A stretch of 63,844 nucleotides of DNA, counting the filler, from Basidiobolus ranarum (taxonomy: Eukaryota): the NCBI GenBank assembly GCA_040143965.1. It is 35 parts of 35 records of this genome, joined end to end, with 100 filler letters (N's around TTAATTAATTAA, not from the genome) between each part and the next. Parts side by side here need not be neighbours in the genome. Positions count along the whole stretch, not along the records: positions 49,372 to 51,093 come from JASJQH010004474.1; positions 51,194 to 52,915 come from JASJQH010004475.1; positions 53,016 to 54,737 come from JASJQH010004476.1; positions 54,838 to 56,559 come from JASJQH010004477.1; positions 56,660 to 58,381 come from JASJQH010004478.1; positions 58,482 to 60,202 come from JASJQH010004479.1; positions 60,303 to 62,023 come from JASJQH010004480.1; 28 more parts are not named here. One strand, written 5' to 3'. The notes below the pieces were generated by a model. That model saw nothing but the letters and a program-made list of their open reading frames with translations, had not been told where the DNA came from and searched no databases. The position numbers and the translations under genes were made by a program. Of the stretch, positions 49,372 to 61,405 are shown piece after piece; the stretch's first letter is position 1; every line of letters begins with the position of its first letter.

Positions 49372-51093
49372 TCAGAAACAGAAAGCAACGTATCTATAGC
49401 CCCTATATTCTAAATAGGAATATCTCTATATCTATATAACAAGTATGTCTTATTACCCCCACTTATCTATTATATCTTATTAAACAAACTCCTGAATATC
49501 TCAAACAATTGATTTACTCTTCTACTATATGAGTCACCTTATATACTTAAGAATAAAGTAACTAAAACACACTATCATAAGTTGCTTCTAATACCCAAAG
49601 TCTACTCCCATTATGTCAAGATCCTCCAACAGGAACTGAAGAAAAATGGAGTTTTGAATAGCTTTGTGAGCTAATTATTTATTGTCCATACATGAAGCAT
49701 TTATACATTTTGATGGAAATACAGAAAACTAACACTGGGGTTATGTTCAGTACATCTGTGGGAGTAAAATGAGCTATTTGTGGGGCAATTTTGCCAACTT
49801 TGAAATTTTCAATATGGAATTGCCAATTCTCACATTTTTCACATATATTTATAATATATGTTCAGATTTGCAGTTATGTAATATTTGACTAAGTAATCTT
49901 AACTAGCTTATATGTGTTGTAGGAAATAGGTAGGTGTATAAAGATAGAGGTAACAAATATGATAAAGACAACAAACTTTAACAGTTTCCCATATACACAA
50001 CCCTCACAAATTTTCATTTTTGTTTGGGGGGTTAATTTGAATTCCAGCAATTAGGCAGTGTGTGATCTTTTTGCTCATATAAGCAAAAACAATATGGCCA
50101 AATTTTTTATGCCATAATTAAATGGTTTCTGGATAGATGTAACTTATACTTATACATAACCCTCTTAGATTTTATTAAAGTTTGTATAATTACTTATCCT
50201 TTTCTTTCAAAGCTAAATAGCCTCATGATGAACAGTGATGCAGCATCTTGACTCATCTAAATTGAATATTAGTTCTTTGGTGGCAGATTTGCATACCAAT
50301 GTTAAATTCTTTGCAATATCTGGAACATTTGGTATATCCTTAACAGTATATACTCTCTCCTCAGAAGCAGCAGTTGAATTAACTCATATTGTTCTCATTC
50401 CAATGGCATCCAATATACAGTCATCCTACATGAAAACCCATCTAACTGGGATTTCTTCATTAATCATAAACCAATGTTTTTCATTTGTGAGACTTTGGGT
50501 GGCTCCTGTATTAAAATATCAGATCTGAATATCCTAGTTGGTAGTCATAGACAGAGCAGATATTAACAAGTGCTCTTTTGTTGTAAACTCATTTGCAGAT
50601 CAAATATGTTGTTCTTCTTTTACAATTCTTTTAAAGTAATCAAAATACTTATTTCAAGATCAAATTGTCACTTCTTGACTCTATAGCCATGACTAGGCTC
50701 TGAAACCTATGGGGCAGGCTATTTAGAACTGCAACTAAGATATCATGATCAGTTGGAGGTACTCCAGTGCAATACATTCCATCCTCCCAATTCCCTAACA
50801 AAAATAAAATCAATTTGATCAGGATCAGATCCACCCTCCAAAATAGCAAAACCATCAGAGAACCATCACAATATTGCTGGCCGGCATTCTGCCAGGGATT
50901 TTGATGATGTGGAGATGGTTTCTTGACGGTATCTTAATGGTATTTATACATGTTAAAATATTGATCCCCAAATTTGGCATGTGTTATTCAATATCCAGCA
51001 ATTTTTGCAAAAATATAATTTTTGAATGGCAAATTACTGGGTTTACTGCTGTAGGAATTCAAATTAATATGCATGCCTTTATTTAGATATTTT
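49372..51093 (-). mobile_element. Nest: LTR C (49372-49631), LTR D (~49640-49983), copia gag/protease (~49990-50790), CACTA right end (50793-51093)
   Basis: Blocks match other copies. VAVLNSLPHRFQSLVMAIES gag motif; CCCTAACAAAA at 50793. Confidence 0.85.
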
Positions 51094-51193
51094 NNNNNNN
51101 NNNNNNNNNNNNNNNNNNNNNNNNNNNNNNNNNNNNNTTAATTAATTAANNNNNNNNNNNNNNNNNNNNNNNNNNNNNNNNNNNNNNNNNNNN

Positions 51194-51377
51194 AGATTTT
51201 AGCCAATCATTTGCAACTATTTTGCGAGATCTTGAAATTTCACTCCTGAAACTGAAAAAATTGATTAAAATCAAATCTAACTTGACGATTTTATGACGGT
51301 AAGTAAACGGTCAATCCCAAATGGACTAAAATTGTGACGGTTTTCCTACGATAACAATCCTCAAATTTCTGTTAGGG
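51194..51377 (-). mobile_element. CACTA/CMC left end, young copy retaining CpG
   Basis: Matches 1999-2182 but has CG where that copy has TG or CA. Confidence 0.82.
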
Positions 51378-52290
51378 GTCCTAGCCTCTGCTCTTTCTAG
51401 CTTATTTCTTAATCAACAGTGCATCTAGTAGCATCTTGGTTTGCTTCCTCAGTATCTGCAACTTTCTTATTGAGATATTGAATTATTTTGCTGAGCTTCA
51501 ATATGTTTCAAGTCAATGGTGTTCTGGTGAGTGATCTGCTTTTATCTGCTCAAGTTATTGTTAGCTGTTGCAGCACTTGATAACACAATATTGCTCTGCT
51601 TAGTTAAATGCTACTTTTTAGCTTGCAGAAAGGCATGTATGACTGGTTGAAGACCTGCTAAATTTCCCAAATACAGAGTTAACCAGAATTTATTCACTGC
51701 CTATCTTTTAGCCTTCTCTGCATCTGTCATATTTAATATACATACACTTGGTTTGCCATTCTGTTTTGAATATGTAATTCTTTGACTGCTTCATTAATAT
51801 AGATTAAGACATATTACTCAATTACTTTTTTTCCTTCTGCCAAACCTAGTCAGAATTCATCAGACCAAGGAAGTAATACAAATGTAGACATTTTATAAGT
51901 CTTTTGACATGAATAAGTAGTAACTAGATGCTCTGTGACCTCTTGTATTTACACACAGGTCTCACTAACAGTAGCAAAAATACCTCTCCTTGCTTCCTAT
52001 TGGTATAGCAGGATGAAGTAGTTGGTCTTGGTCATAATCTTTGGGCAGTTTACACAGTTTGCACTTGGGCTCACTATATATATTTACAACTGTTCCCTAA
52101 TTTACTACATTAGTGTTTTGATATGCTTTACCTTGCTTAGACCTATGCACTGTTTGGTATTGAATATCTGAAGTCCTTTATAAGTTACATTTGTGAAGTT
52201 CACTATTATATTTGTAATATAATTTGAAAAGTTTCAAAATACATATATTCTACATATACTGAATCAAATACCAAGCCCTAAGCAAAGGGT

Positions 52291-52915
52291 TGTCACAATA
52301 AGGAACTGGATAAGTACTGGAAACAGCATCTTGAGGCTAGGAAGCAGGAGGGAACTTGGGTGTAGATCAAAAGGCAAGACAAGACTAGACTTGACAACTA
52401 AGATACTTGGAAAGATTCTTTATTGATAACTAGCAATAAATGGACTGAGGTCTAATCAAGGAAAACAGGGAGCTTATGTAGATAATGCAGGATGAAATAT
52501 AACATACTGATTAGGTAATATCCTGTGGCTAGTTCAAGTGTTGAGGTGTTGGGGACTACAAGGAATAATACAAAGAGGGATGATGTAAGGATGATCAGGT
52601 GACCTTCCATAGAATGTATTGCTAGAAATATACTGTTTATGGGATGATATCATTAGTTAGGTTTCATGCCATGTTCTAAAGAGTGTGACTTCAATATAAG
52701 GTAGCTTGGATGAACTGGCACAATATTGCCAAGAAAGGATTGCACATCAAGTACAATGCCATTATCTAATAATAGAAGTATTCCATTTGCAGTGCATTAG
52801 TATGCCAAGATCAGAATCATAAAAGTATCCCCTCCTTTAGTGATGGCTTTGAGACATCATAGGGCCAGGTTTTTCTGGGTAGGCTGATCGAAATCCTAGC
52901 CAAATTGCTTAGAGG
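52291..52915 (-). mobile_element. Chromovirus 3' LTR (52291-52824), PPT and chromodomain tail
   Basis: Reverse complement of ~25660-26291. Confidence 0.8.
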
Positions 52916-53015
52916 NNNNNNNNNNNNNNNNNNNNNNNNNNNNNNNNNNNNNNNNNNNNTTAATTAATTAANNNNNNNNNNNNNNNNNNNNNNNNNNNNN
53001 NNNNNNNNNNNNNNN

Positions 53016-53255
53016 AGTAAGTCAATAGTTGAGCAAAGTTCAACCAAAACACCATCAAGACCATCAACTTCCACAATGGCTACTTTGCTCACTATTGAAC
53101 AACCCTCCATAGAAAATTTGGTTAGAGTTATTACAGCAAGGGAATTGCAGGCAGAACACCATAATGATTTGTATGCAATCATAAGTAAGAACTATGAAGT
53201 TGCTATACAGGCCATGACAAGCAAAAACATCAGAATATTGCATTTAATGCAGCAT
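53016..53255 (+). repeat. Second copy of the unknown repeated ORF seen at 8253
   Basis: Protein-level and DNA-level match to ~8250-8485. Confidence 0.55.
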
Positions 53256-53261
53256 TCAGCC

Positions 53262-54737
53262 CAGGCAAAAATAAAATCAATTTGATCCAGATTGGATCTA
53301 CCCTCCAAAATAGCAAAACCATCAGAGAACCATCACAATATTGGTGGCTTGCATTCTGCCAGAGATTTTGATGGTGTGATGGTGGTTTCTGGACAGTATT
53401 CATACTTGTTAGAATACTTATCTTCAAATTTGGCATTCATCATTCAATATCTGGCAACTTTTGCAAAAATATAATTTTCAACTGTTAAATTACTGGGTTT
53501 ACTGATGTAGGAATTTGAATTAATATGCATGCCTTTATTTAAATATTTTAGGCTTTGTATTCCAGCCATAATGAGAATCAAAAAACACAAGAATCTTGTT
53601 CTGTTTAGTCTCTACATATGCACATACTTGACTGATTAGACATATCGCAACAACATCAATATGCTTTACCAGCAAACTAATGGGGGAAAAATTGCCAAAC
53701 ATCTGAAATTTTGAATAGCACTAACACTTGGCAAATAGCTGACTCTTGTTACTGTTCACAATGAGAATAAGCTCTTGGATTTTGACAAATTTCCATAAAG
53801 AATTCAGCCAATATATCCCTGACTTGAAGTCATGAAATGTCCTGCCACAAGTAGATGTGTCATTGCTTGAATAGAATACTTCATGGCTAAAATATTTATA
53901 CAGCATATCTTGATCTATCACACCAAGAAGTCTATCTTGCAGCTTTCCTAAAAATACCATCAGATTATCACACAAACAAATGAGTCCAAGTTATAGAGGT
54001 ACTTACTCTGTGTCCATGGATTGGGCTTTGTTGCTGTCATTGTGCTCAAACAATGGAAAACCTGTGAGCACATTGAAAAGAGTACTTTGTTGGAAGGTTA
54101 ATATGCTTGGGAGTCTCCTTAACCCATTGGATTACATCCATCACCAATTTTGCTGATAAATGGTGAACCAGATTAGCAGATGGTAATATTGACAATTTCA
54201 CATGGAGCATCATTTCACCACAGGTGCGCTCCATTGGGAACTCCCAGATTGTATAGAAAGGGCCTATAATCTCCAAGTATTGTGAAAGATGCAGCAGGGA
54301 ATGTATTGAATACCAGTGTAGATTAAGTCTATCTTCTTTAAACCTGTAATAAAGCTTTTCCTATCAAATTACAAAATCTTCCCACAATTGCTATGTCCGC
54401 TTGAGATCTGCCAATGTGAGTTGAAGCCATAAGAATATATTAACAATATTGACAAACAACACCCAATGTTGCCAATACATATCAGGCAGAAATCTTCATA
54501 AAGTTTCACTTGTATATATACAAATCCAATACTTCCAATCTTTGCACTTGAATAAACACCTAGATGAGTGGATATTGATGAGAGTACTGGTAAAATATGA
54601 TGGTATCTTGACGTTTTCAAGCATTTTCCCAATCGATTCAAACTTTGATCCTATCTTGAATGGCTCATTCATATTGAATTTTCCACTGTATAGCTGAGTA
54701 AGTAGTATTGGAATGTTGTTGAATAGTAAGTGCATGG
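53262..54737 (-). mobile_element. CACTA/CMC transposase C-terminal half and right subterminal region
   Basis: MHLLFNNI..FKCKDWKYW..GPFYTIWEFPMERTCG motifs. Confidence 0.9.
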
Positions 54738-54867
54738 NNNNNNNNNNNNNNNNNNNNNNNNNNNNNNNNNNNNNNNNNNNNTTAATTAATTAANNNNNNN
54801 NNNNNNNNNNNNNNNNNNNNNNNNNNNNNNNNNNNNNGGGTTTACTACTCGATAAACTCAGTGAAAA

Positions 54868-55110
54868 GCCTCAGTAGATTCTAACAATGGGATTGAAGAC
54901 GATTGTTTGACTTTGATCTCCAAGACAAGCAGAGAAACCATGTTTATTGTACATTGTGCCACAGGCGTAGCTAGTTATTTTGAACTTTTGCGTCAATATA
55001 TGCGATGTACTCTTTATTCCATCAATGATCCCACCCTTGGAACCCATAACTCTTTTGACTCTATTGAGACGATTGCTACCAGATATCTAAAGGCCATTCT
55101 TAAGGTTCAG
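54868..55110 (+). pseudogene. Thioesterase-domain fragment (NRPS/PKS type I TE-like)
   Basis: MFIVHCATGVASYF..L..LYSINDP..FDSIETIATRYLKAILKVQ matches the TE N-terminal pattern. Similarity ends before the GPY/GxSxG motifs. Confidence 0.7.
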
Positions 55111-55299
55111 TTAGGTTTAGGGTTACAGTAAGTGTGATTTAAGGGCAGCATTTTCAGAATTAACCACTAATGACTCAGATAAAAGAGTTATGATTTTGGA
55201 AGGTATTTGTACCTTTTCTTTTGCTCCTAAAAGCAAAACACGGTTGAGAGACTCCGTTATATAAAGTCCTTTTAATTCATCAGAGCAACCCAATTCAAC

Positions 55300-55990
55300 G
55301 TGAAATCACCAGAATTCTTCATTTTATCAACACTTATCTCCTTGGCCGTAGCGAGTCAGAGCTTACTAAATCAAACCTGGCAAGGTATTCATCTCATCTC
55401 ACTACGGGGGATACTCTCATGCGAAATCAATGTTTCAGATTGGTCTGCTTTCAAAGAGCGTGGCCATGAGGTTGCCTTTGTAAGCTATGACTTATTCACT
55501 GATCTAGCAAAGCCTTGGGGATTCGAAAAAATATACATAGGCCAGGGAACAGTGACTTTGGCCGAACTCAAAGTATTGGCGAAAGAAGTCGCATTAAAGA
55601 CTTCAACGGATATTCAAGAATCAGTCGATATCATGTGGTCTTTATCATACAAGTGGTCTTATTTGCCACTTCGCGAATTCTTCATCAAAGAAAAGCCAGA
55701 CCTTGTCATGTGTGATATCTATAACTTTGGCTGCATCGATGCTGCTTACCATCTGGACATTCAGTTCACAGTACAGGTTTCTTCACTGGGAATATGCAGG
55801 TCATTCAATATATCAACGTTCTACGCCCAAATACTCATTTCTCTTGGTGTATTCCACATCAGTATATGTCTCTAATTCTCTAGACATTTCGTCTACCCCA
55901 ACAGAAAATATAGGAGTCATAGAACGGTGTAAGAATAGGAGCACACCCACTTCACTGTTAAAGGTAGTTTCTGATAATGGCCATCGAAAT
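55300..55990 (+). pseudogene. UDP-glycosyltransferase (GT1/UGT) N-terminal pseudogene
   Basis: Signal-like start on GTG. KVFISSHYGGYSHAKSMFQIG lies in a shifted frame, then ERGHEVAFVS and EKPDLVMCD. Frameshifted and truncated. Confidence 0.75.
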
Positions 55991-56019
55991 TCTCTCTATG
56001 AATACTATACAGCTTGAGT

Positions 56020-56559
56020 ATTGGTTACAGTTGAAGATTTAAAGATTGGGTGTAGTATTCAGTGATCACATTCTTAGTGGCCTTGAAAATGAGCACAGCG
56101 TATATTTGGGCAGGGGTGCTCACACCATCTTGAGATAGGTACAACGTGGCAACACTAGCAACGTGAGAGCTAGCTATACTGGCACTGGAGATCGCCTTAT
56201 TCGCTGAGATGATGTCTTGACAAGGTGCTGAGAGTTTGTATATTTCCACTGAGCCTTGACATCAATAAGTTTGGCCTTCTTGGTGACACCAGTTCCAGAG
56301 ATCTGAGCTCGGTGGCCATTGATATCTTCAGTGGCCTCACCACTAAGCTGACTGGGGGAGCGGCTTTGCCTTCAAAGTCAGAATGCTTGGCATTGATTAC
56401 GATGTCAATGAGGTATACATCTACTCCTTTACTGACTGAGTCAGGGTAGTAGTATGGGGTATTGACATTCCATGCATTCTGAGGGACTCAAGGAAGACCC
56501 AGCTTGGAGGGATGTTTTGAATACCTGACACAGTGAACACTTACTCAGACCCAACATAC
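56020..56559 (-). pseudogene. Subtilisin (S8, proteinase K-like) pseudogene
   Basis: Across frames: PYYYPDSVSKGVDVYLIDIVINAKHSDFEGKA (Asp motif), EDINGHRAQISGT (His motif), GVTKKAKLIDVK, SSASIASSHVASVATLYLS (Ser motif). Motifs are degenerate, with a large internal deletion. Confidence 0.85.
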
Positions 56560-56659
56560 NNNNNNNNNNNNNNNNNNNNNNNNNNNNNNNNNNNNNNNNN
56601 NNNTTAATTAATTAANNNNNNNNNNNNNNNNNNNNNNNNNNNNNNNNNNNNNNNNNNNN

Positions 56660-57081
56660 TGTGGATGCAAAAACATTGGTAATAGTACTGGTAGACATTC
56701 CTTTAACAGCTAGCTTGGGGCTCATAACCTGATAAAAGTGTTTAGGGGATTTGGAAGTGTTTTGGACAAGATTTGGATTTGTGAATTAGACACTTAAGTT
56801 TTATTGAATTGAATATGTCCTATTTATAGTTTACTATGAAATAGGACTATTGGACGTGCTTAGATCATAACAAACATGCCTGTTAAGCATGGGTGAAAAT
56901 TTGAGGTGATTTGGAGAAGTTTTGAGAAAATAGTGAAAATTGGTAAAAGTGATCTAATTGATATTTCTATATATTAGAGCAATAAACACACATTTGTGAA
57001 TGACAGAGTTGAGTACTACATAATCAGAATATGAATAAAGTAACTACTAAATAATGCGTTGCTATTTACCTAATTTGAACA
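56660..57081 (-). mobile_element. Copia family E 5' LTR (56730-57081), PBS (56718-56729) and gag start
   Basis: GGTTATGAGCCC is followed by ATG TCT ACC AGT ACT on the minus strand. Confidence 0.87.
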
Positions 57082-57116
57082 TGGTTGGCAACTGTTGCTT
57101 GCCACAGACTTGGTAC

Positions 57117-57397
57117 TGTTGAAATTATTTAGGGAGAAATATTTGTCTGGCCAGGATTTGAACCTGGGACCTCCTTCACTCTAGCAAGGTGCTCTAACCA
57201 CCAAGCTACCAGTGCTTGTATGCGATGCCTATATTGCTAGGGAACCTTAACCAGTCTGTCAATGTATGGTACTTTGGTATTTCAGCTATACAAGCAACTG
57301 ATTGGCCGTAGACTTTGTGTTCAGATGCAGTCACCATACTCCATATTTTCTTCTTTGGGAATTACTGCTTGTACCACAAGTCACCAGACTTTCAACA
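57117..57397. mobile_element. 281-bp solo LTR (TGTTGAAA...TTTCAACA) with 5-bp TSD GGTAC
   Basis: TSD at 57112-57116 and 57398-57402. The empty site CCTGGTACAAGTG is seen at 3114-3126, 4833-4845 and 36760-36772. Confidence 0.9.
57143..57215 (-). ncRNA. tRNA-derived sequence inside the LTR (nominal anticodon AGA, short variable loop)
   Basis: GCACTGG TA GCTT GGTGGTTA GAGC A CCTTG CTAGAGT GAAGG AGGTC CCAGG TTCAAAT CCTGG CCAGACA. A and B boxes and the D, anticodon and T arms are present; only 4 of 7 acceptor pairs form. Confidence 0.8.
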
Positions 57398-57786
57398 GGT
57401 ACAAGTGGAAAACACTTGTCAACTCTATAACTTATGATCCTTCAGTAATTAGATCATCTTCATTTACAAATGTTTATTTAGCTTTGACCAATGATCTGAA
57501 AAACCTGAAGTCATGTCCTGTTTGCATGCAATTGGCAATCACTGAATCAGGTAAGTATTGTTCATATTTGGCTTACATACCATTGATTCCCCATCTTAAA
57601 GTTTTGATGAAATCACTCAAATATAGCTCATTGATCCAATACCAAAGTACTCACTGTAAAGCTGACAGAATTACCCATATACTTGATGGATATTCATACA
57701 AGAATCTTAAAAGTTAAAGCATATCTAAGAACATTATGATTATGCTTTTGTATTGGCTCTGGATGGTTTCTTGCTCAACAAATATT

Positions 57787-58381
57787 CCCTGACAAAAATA
57801 AATTTGATTTCATCTGGATTGGATCCACCATCCAAAAGAGCAAAACAATCAGAGAACCATCACAATATTAGTGGCTTGCATTCTGCCAGGGATTTTGATG
57901 GTGTGATGATGGTTTCTTGATGGTGTTCTGATGGTATTCATAAATTTTAAAATAATGATCCTCAAATTTGGCATCTATTATTTAATATCCATCAATATTG
58001 CAAAATATAAATTTCAAATGGCAAATCACTGGGTTTACTGCTGTAAGAAATTGAATCAATATGCAAGCCTTTATTTAGATATTTTAGGCTTTGTATTCCA
58101 GCTGTAATGAGAATCAAAAAATACAAGAATCTCATTGTGTTTAGTCTCTACATATGCACACACTTGACTTTTAGACATAACTCAACAACATCAATATGCT
58201 TTACCAGCAAACTAAAGGTGGAAAAATTGCTAAACTTCTGAAATTTTGAATAGCACTGACACTTGGCAAATAACTGACTCTTGTTACCATTCACATTGAG
58301 AATCAGATCTTGGATTTTGGCAAATTTATGTAAAGAATTTAGCCAATATATCCCCAACTTGCAGTCAACAAATGTCCTGCC
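57787..58381 (-). mobile_element. CACTA/CMC right end inserted in another copy of the same family
   Basis: CCCTGACAAAAATAAA terminus; reverse complement of ~44690-45288. Confidence 0.82.
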
Positions 58382-58481
58382 NNNNNNNNNNNNNNNNNNN
58401 NNNNNNNNNNNNNNNNNNNNNNNNNTTAATTAATTAANNNNNNNNNNNNNNNNNNNNNNNNNNNNNNNNNNNNNNNNNNNN

Positions 58482-60202
58482 TTGTGCAGACTTGCTTGGA
58501 GGTTTGGGTGTAACACTGGCTGTATCCACTGGTCCAAAGGTTACTGGCTGATATGAGTTAGCAGGAAAAGATAGTTGTTGTGTGGTGTCTTAGGTTGTAT
58601 TCTCCAGTACTGTCATATAGTAAAAAGGAGTGTTAGTTTGCCTATTGATAAACAAAACAGTGGCTACTTACTCAACAAAGTTTTATTCCCTTGAGCATTG
58701 ACCAATCAAAAGCAATGATAGTCACAGAGAGCATGGAAAGCAAAGAGTTTGACTGCATAGTGAGTGGAAAGTAGAGATATGGTACTCTTTTTGAAAGATG
58801 GATGTTTCTAGGTAAGCTAATTGCAGCTTTATAGCTGGTTGGGTAATCTCATCAATTTGGCTAGTGCTATTTTATCTGTGGGCTTGGTTCAAGAGTTTTG
58901 CCAGGCTAAATATTTCACATGGTCAAGAATAACTTGTGTAAGAATGATAACATAGTTAGGAAAGGGATTCTTATTCACAATAATTGTATTCTAGGTTAAA
59001 TATACCTGAGAGTTATTGAGTTCAAAGTGTTCTGGGATTTGGTTAGGTATGCTTGAGAGTTACACAATGATGGTTTACCTATGTTAACATATAAAAAAGT
59101 AACTAAATTGGCAACATAACTGAATTGGTAACTGTAGCATAGACACAGCTTTTCCTTGCCAATTCTACAATGTTGTTCTGTAGTTTATCTCTGATAATTC
59201 CTCTTGTTATTCATGCCACTGGATTACTATACACTATGTATTCATTTGAAAATATATGTATCCATCAGGCAAATGAACAGAACCATACTCAAACAGAAGA
59301 GTAAAGCTAGGGTCCATAGTAGCTTATAATCTAGGCTGAGTATTTATAGCTTGATCAAAAGCAAGTATGTATCATACTGAAGGTGAAAACTCCCACTCAA
59401 AAATTGGAAATAACACTAATTAACAGCAATTGGTAATGAAAACTTGCTTGAAAAGAATGCACCCAAATATGGCTATGAGAAATATGAAAACATTCTTGTT
59501 AGATGCTTATAGAGAAATATGAAGGAAATATTGCTTCCACATATTAACTTATCCAGTTCAAAGCTGATTTCTGTGGTTCAGTCAACAGATAATAAGTAAA
59601 TAGACAGATACAGCATATTGTGATGTATTTAAATTTTATGTACCTGTTAATTGTGGATTATGGTCCATGATTTGATACTTTCTAAGCTTAACTGATATTG
59701 AAGTCCAAGTGATAGATATTGAAATAACAAACAAATGGCAGTAAGGATCAGAGTAGGCCTGGCCTAAAAATTTTCTGAGGCAGAAGCTGATTGTCATGTC
59801 CAAAATATCTGAAATAGTGAGCTAGCTGTATTTCTTACTTTTTCAATCCAAAATCCTGGAATCTTATAAAAGTTATTTGTGTTTAAGAACTTTACCTATT
59901 TGCCCCATTTATTGAGCCTTGTTGTGACACCATTGTATCAGGGCTGTCAAAAATTATGTTTAATCAATCTTTGCCACACAGAACTGGCCAGTTTTCACAA
60001 TTGTGTGGTTCTAACCTATGTAGAACATATCCAATATATCTGATCAAAGGTCTTGGGTGTAATTTGGAATATGATTTGAGATTTACTAATTGATTTTCCC
60101 TCATCAAATAATCACCTTGTATTCATTAATTCCAGGCATGAAGCAATAAACCATCTGAAGCTCCAAATCATAAACAATTCTATCGATTTCTTCTACATAG
60201 TA
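58482..60202. repeat. Unclassified, almost CpG-free sequence (probable old transposon)
   Basis: No ORF in the track and the same CpG depletion as the identified TEs. No recognisable motif. Confidence 0.4.
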
Positions 60203-60302
60203 NNNNNNNNNNNNNNNNNNNNNNNNNNNNNNNNNNNNNNNNNNNNTTAATTAATTAANNNNNNNNNNNNNNNNNNNNNNNNNNNNNNNNNNNNNNNNNN
60301 NN

Positions 60303-61405
60303 ATGAGATATCCCTTAAGCAAGGTGTTGTAAGTTATGATGTCAGGAGGAATTCTATGCCTTTTCATTTCGTCCTGAACAAGATCAAGATGTTCTTCGCT
60401 GAATCCATCATCAAAAACCTTTGAGTAGTGTTGAATGTGATGAGGCTAGGCTTTAGTCCTGATCCTGAAGACTGTGTTAAGCATTACTGTATCAACAGCT
60501 ACCCCGTCTCGTTTCATTGAGTCAAAGATTTCCTTTACTTTCTCTGATTGAAGGAACTTCCCGTAGGTTCAATCAGTAGGATGTAACATATGTTATTGGC
60601 TTTCACTCCTAAATTCGTAAAAATATCGTAGATTTTAGAAACCAGCGCTGGATCTTTCTCTTTACGACAATGTTTTAGAAGGGTACTAAAAGTAAAGACA
60701 TCTGGTATAACCTCATTGGAATGGAGATTCTCAAACTCCTTAAATGCCTATTTTCCGGATTTCTTTCCTATTGCATCTAGATAGATATTGCTAACATAGG
60801 TATCTGTTATAAGTCCGAAAGAAGATATCTCGTGATATGTACTTTGAACCTCTTAAAGCGCTCCATATCTACAATAGTAAAGTAATAAAGGTTGTAATTC
60901 CCGAGCAAATTTAAAATGAATGTCAAATGAGTTCATATTAACCACCAGTGATAGAGCATGTTTTTAGTCTCTAATGAATCCTCGAAATTTTTTATCAATA
61001 AACCTAATAGACGAGAGATTTGTACTGTAGAGATATATTTCAACGAGTTCAAAATCAAAATCTCTTTAAAAACATTCCATGCTGCTGAAACGTTTCTCTC
61101 GTTTAAAGCACTCTCCAATCCTACTTTATAGTTGAAACGTAAAGGATCACTTTGGTCAATTGATTCTTGTTTGGTTTTTTTTCGCCGGTAATTCTTCGAC
61201 CTTTTTTACTTGATCCCTACTCGCATCTACCTTGGTTGAGAGAGGGCTCTGTTTTTGAACGGAAGCAACGAAATTTGACGTTAATATGATAAGGTGGTTG
61301 AATTCGAGGGATAATATTATTTTTAAGTAAAGAAATACTAACAGGTATATTATTTAAAGGTTTTATATTATACGAAGGTATAGGAATACAACGTTGCAAT
61401 AGCAT
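60303..61405 (-). pseudogene. Pentatricopeptide-repeat (PPR) protein, disrupted
   Basis: IPPDIITYNTLLKGY, VIPDVFTFSTLLKHC, VAVDTVMLN and ITDTYVSNIYLDA motifs. In-frame stops and frameshifts without clear introns. Basic, presequence-like N-terminus. Confidence 0.72.

Larger units (their letters stand above)
57082..57786 (+). mobile_element. CACTA/CMC transposase fragment hosting nested insertions
   Basis: Matches ~3085-3505 once 57117-57402 is removed. Confidence 0.85.

Noticed and set aside
51380-52280. Possible Mutator-like transposase remnant
   Set aside because: CpG-depleted and TE-like, but the motifs are too eroded to support a call.
55109-55133. TTAGGTTTAGGGTTA as telomere healing at the thioesterase break
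   Set aside because: Only about two degenerate units. GTTAGG and GTAAGT here are equally plausible splice donors.
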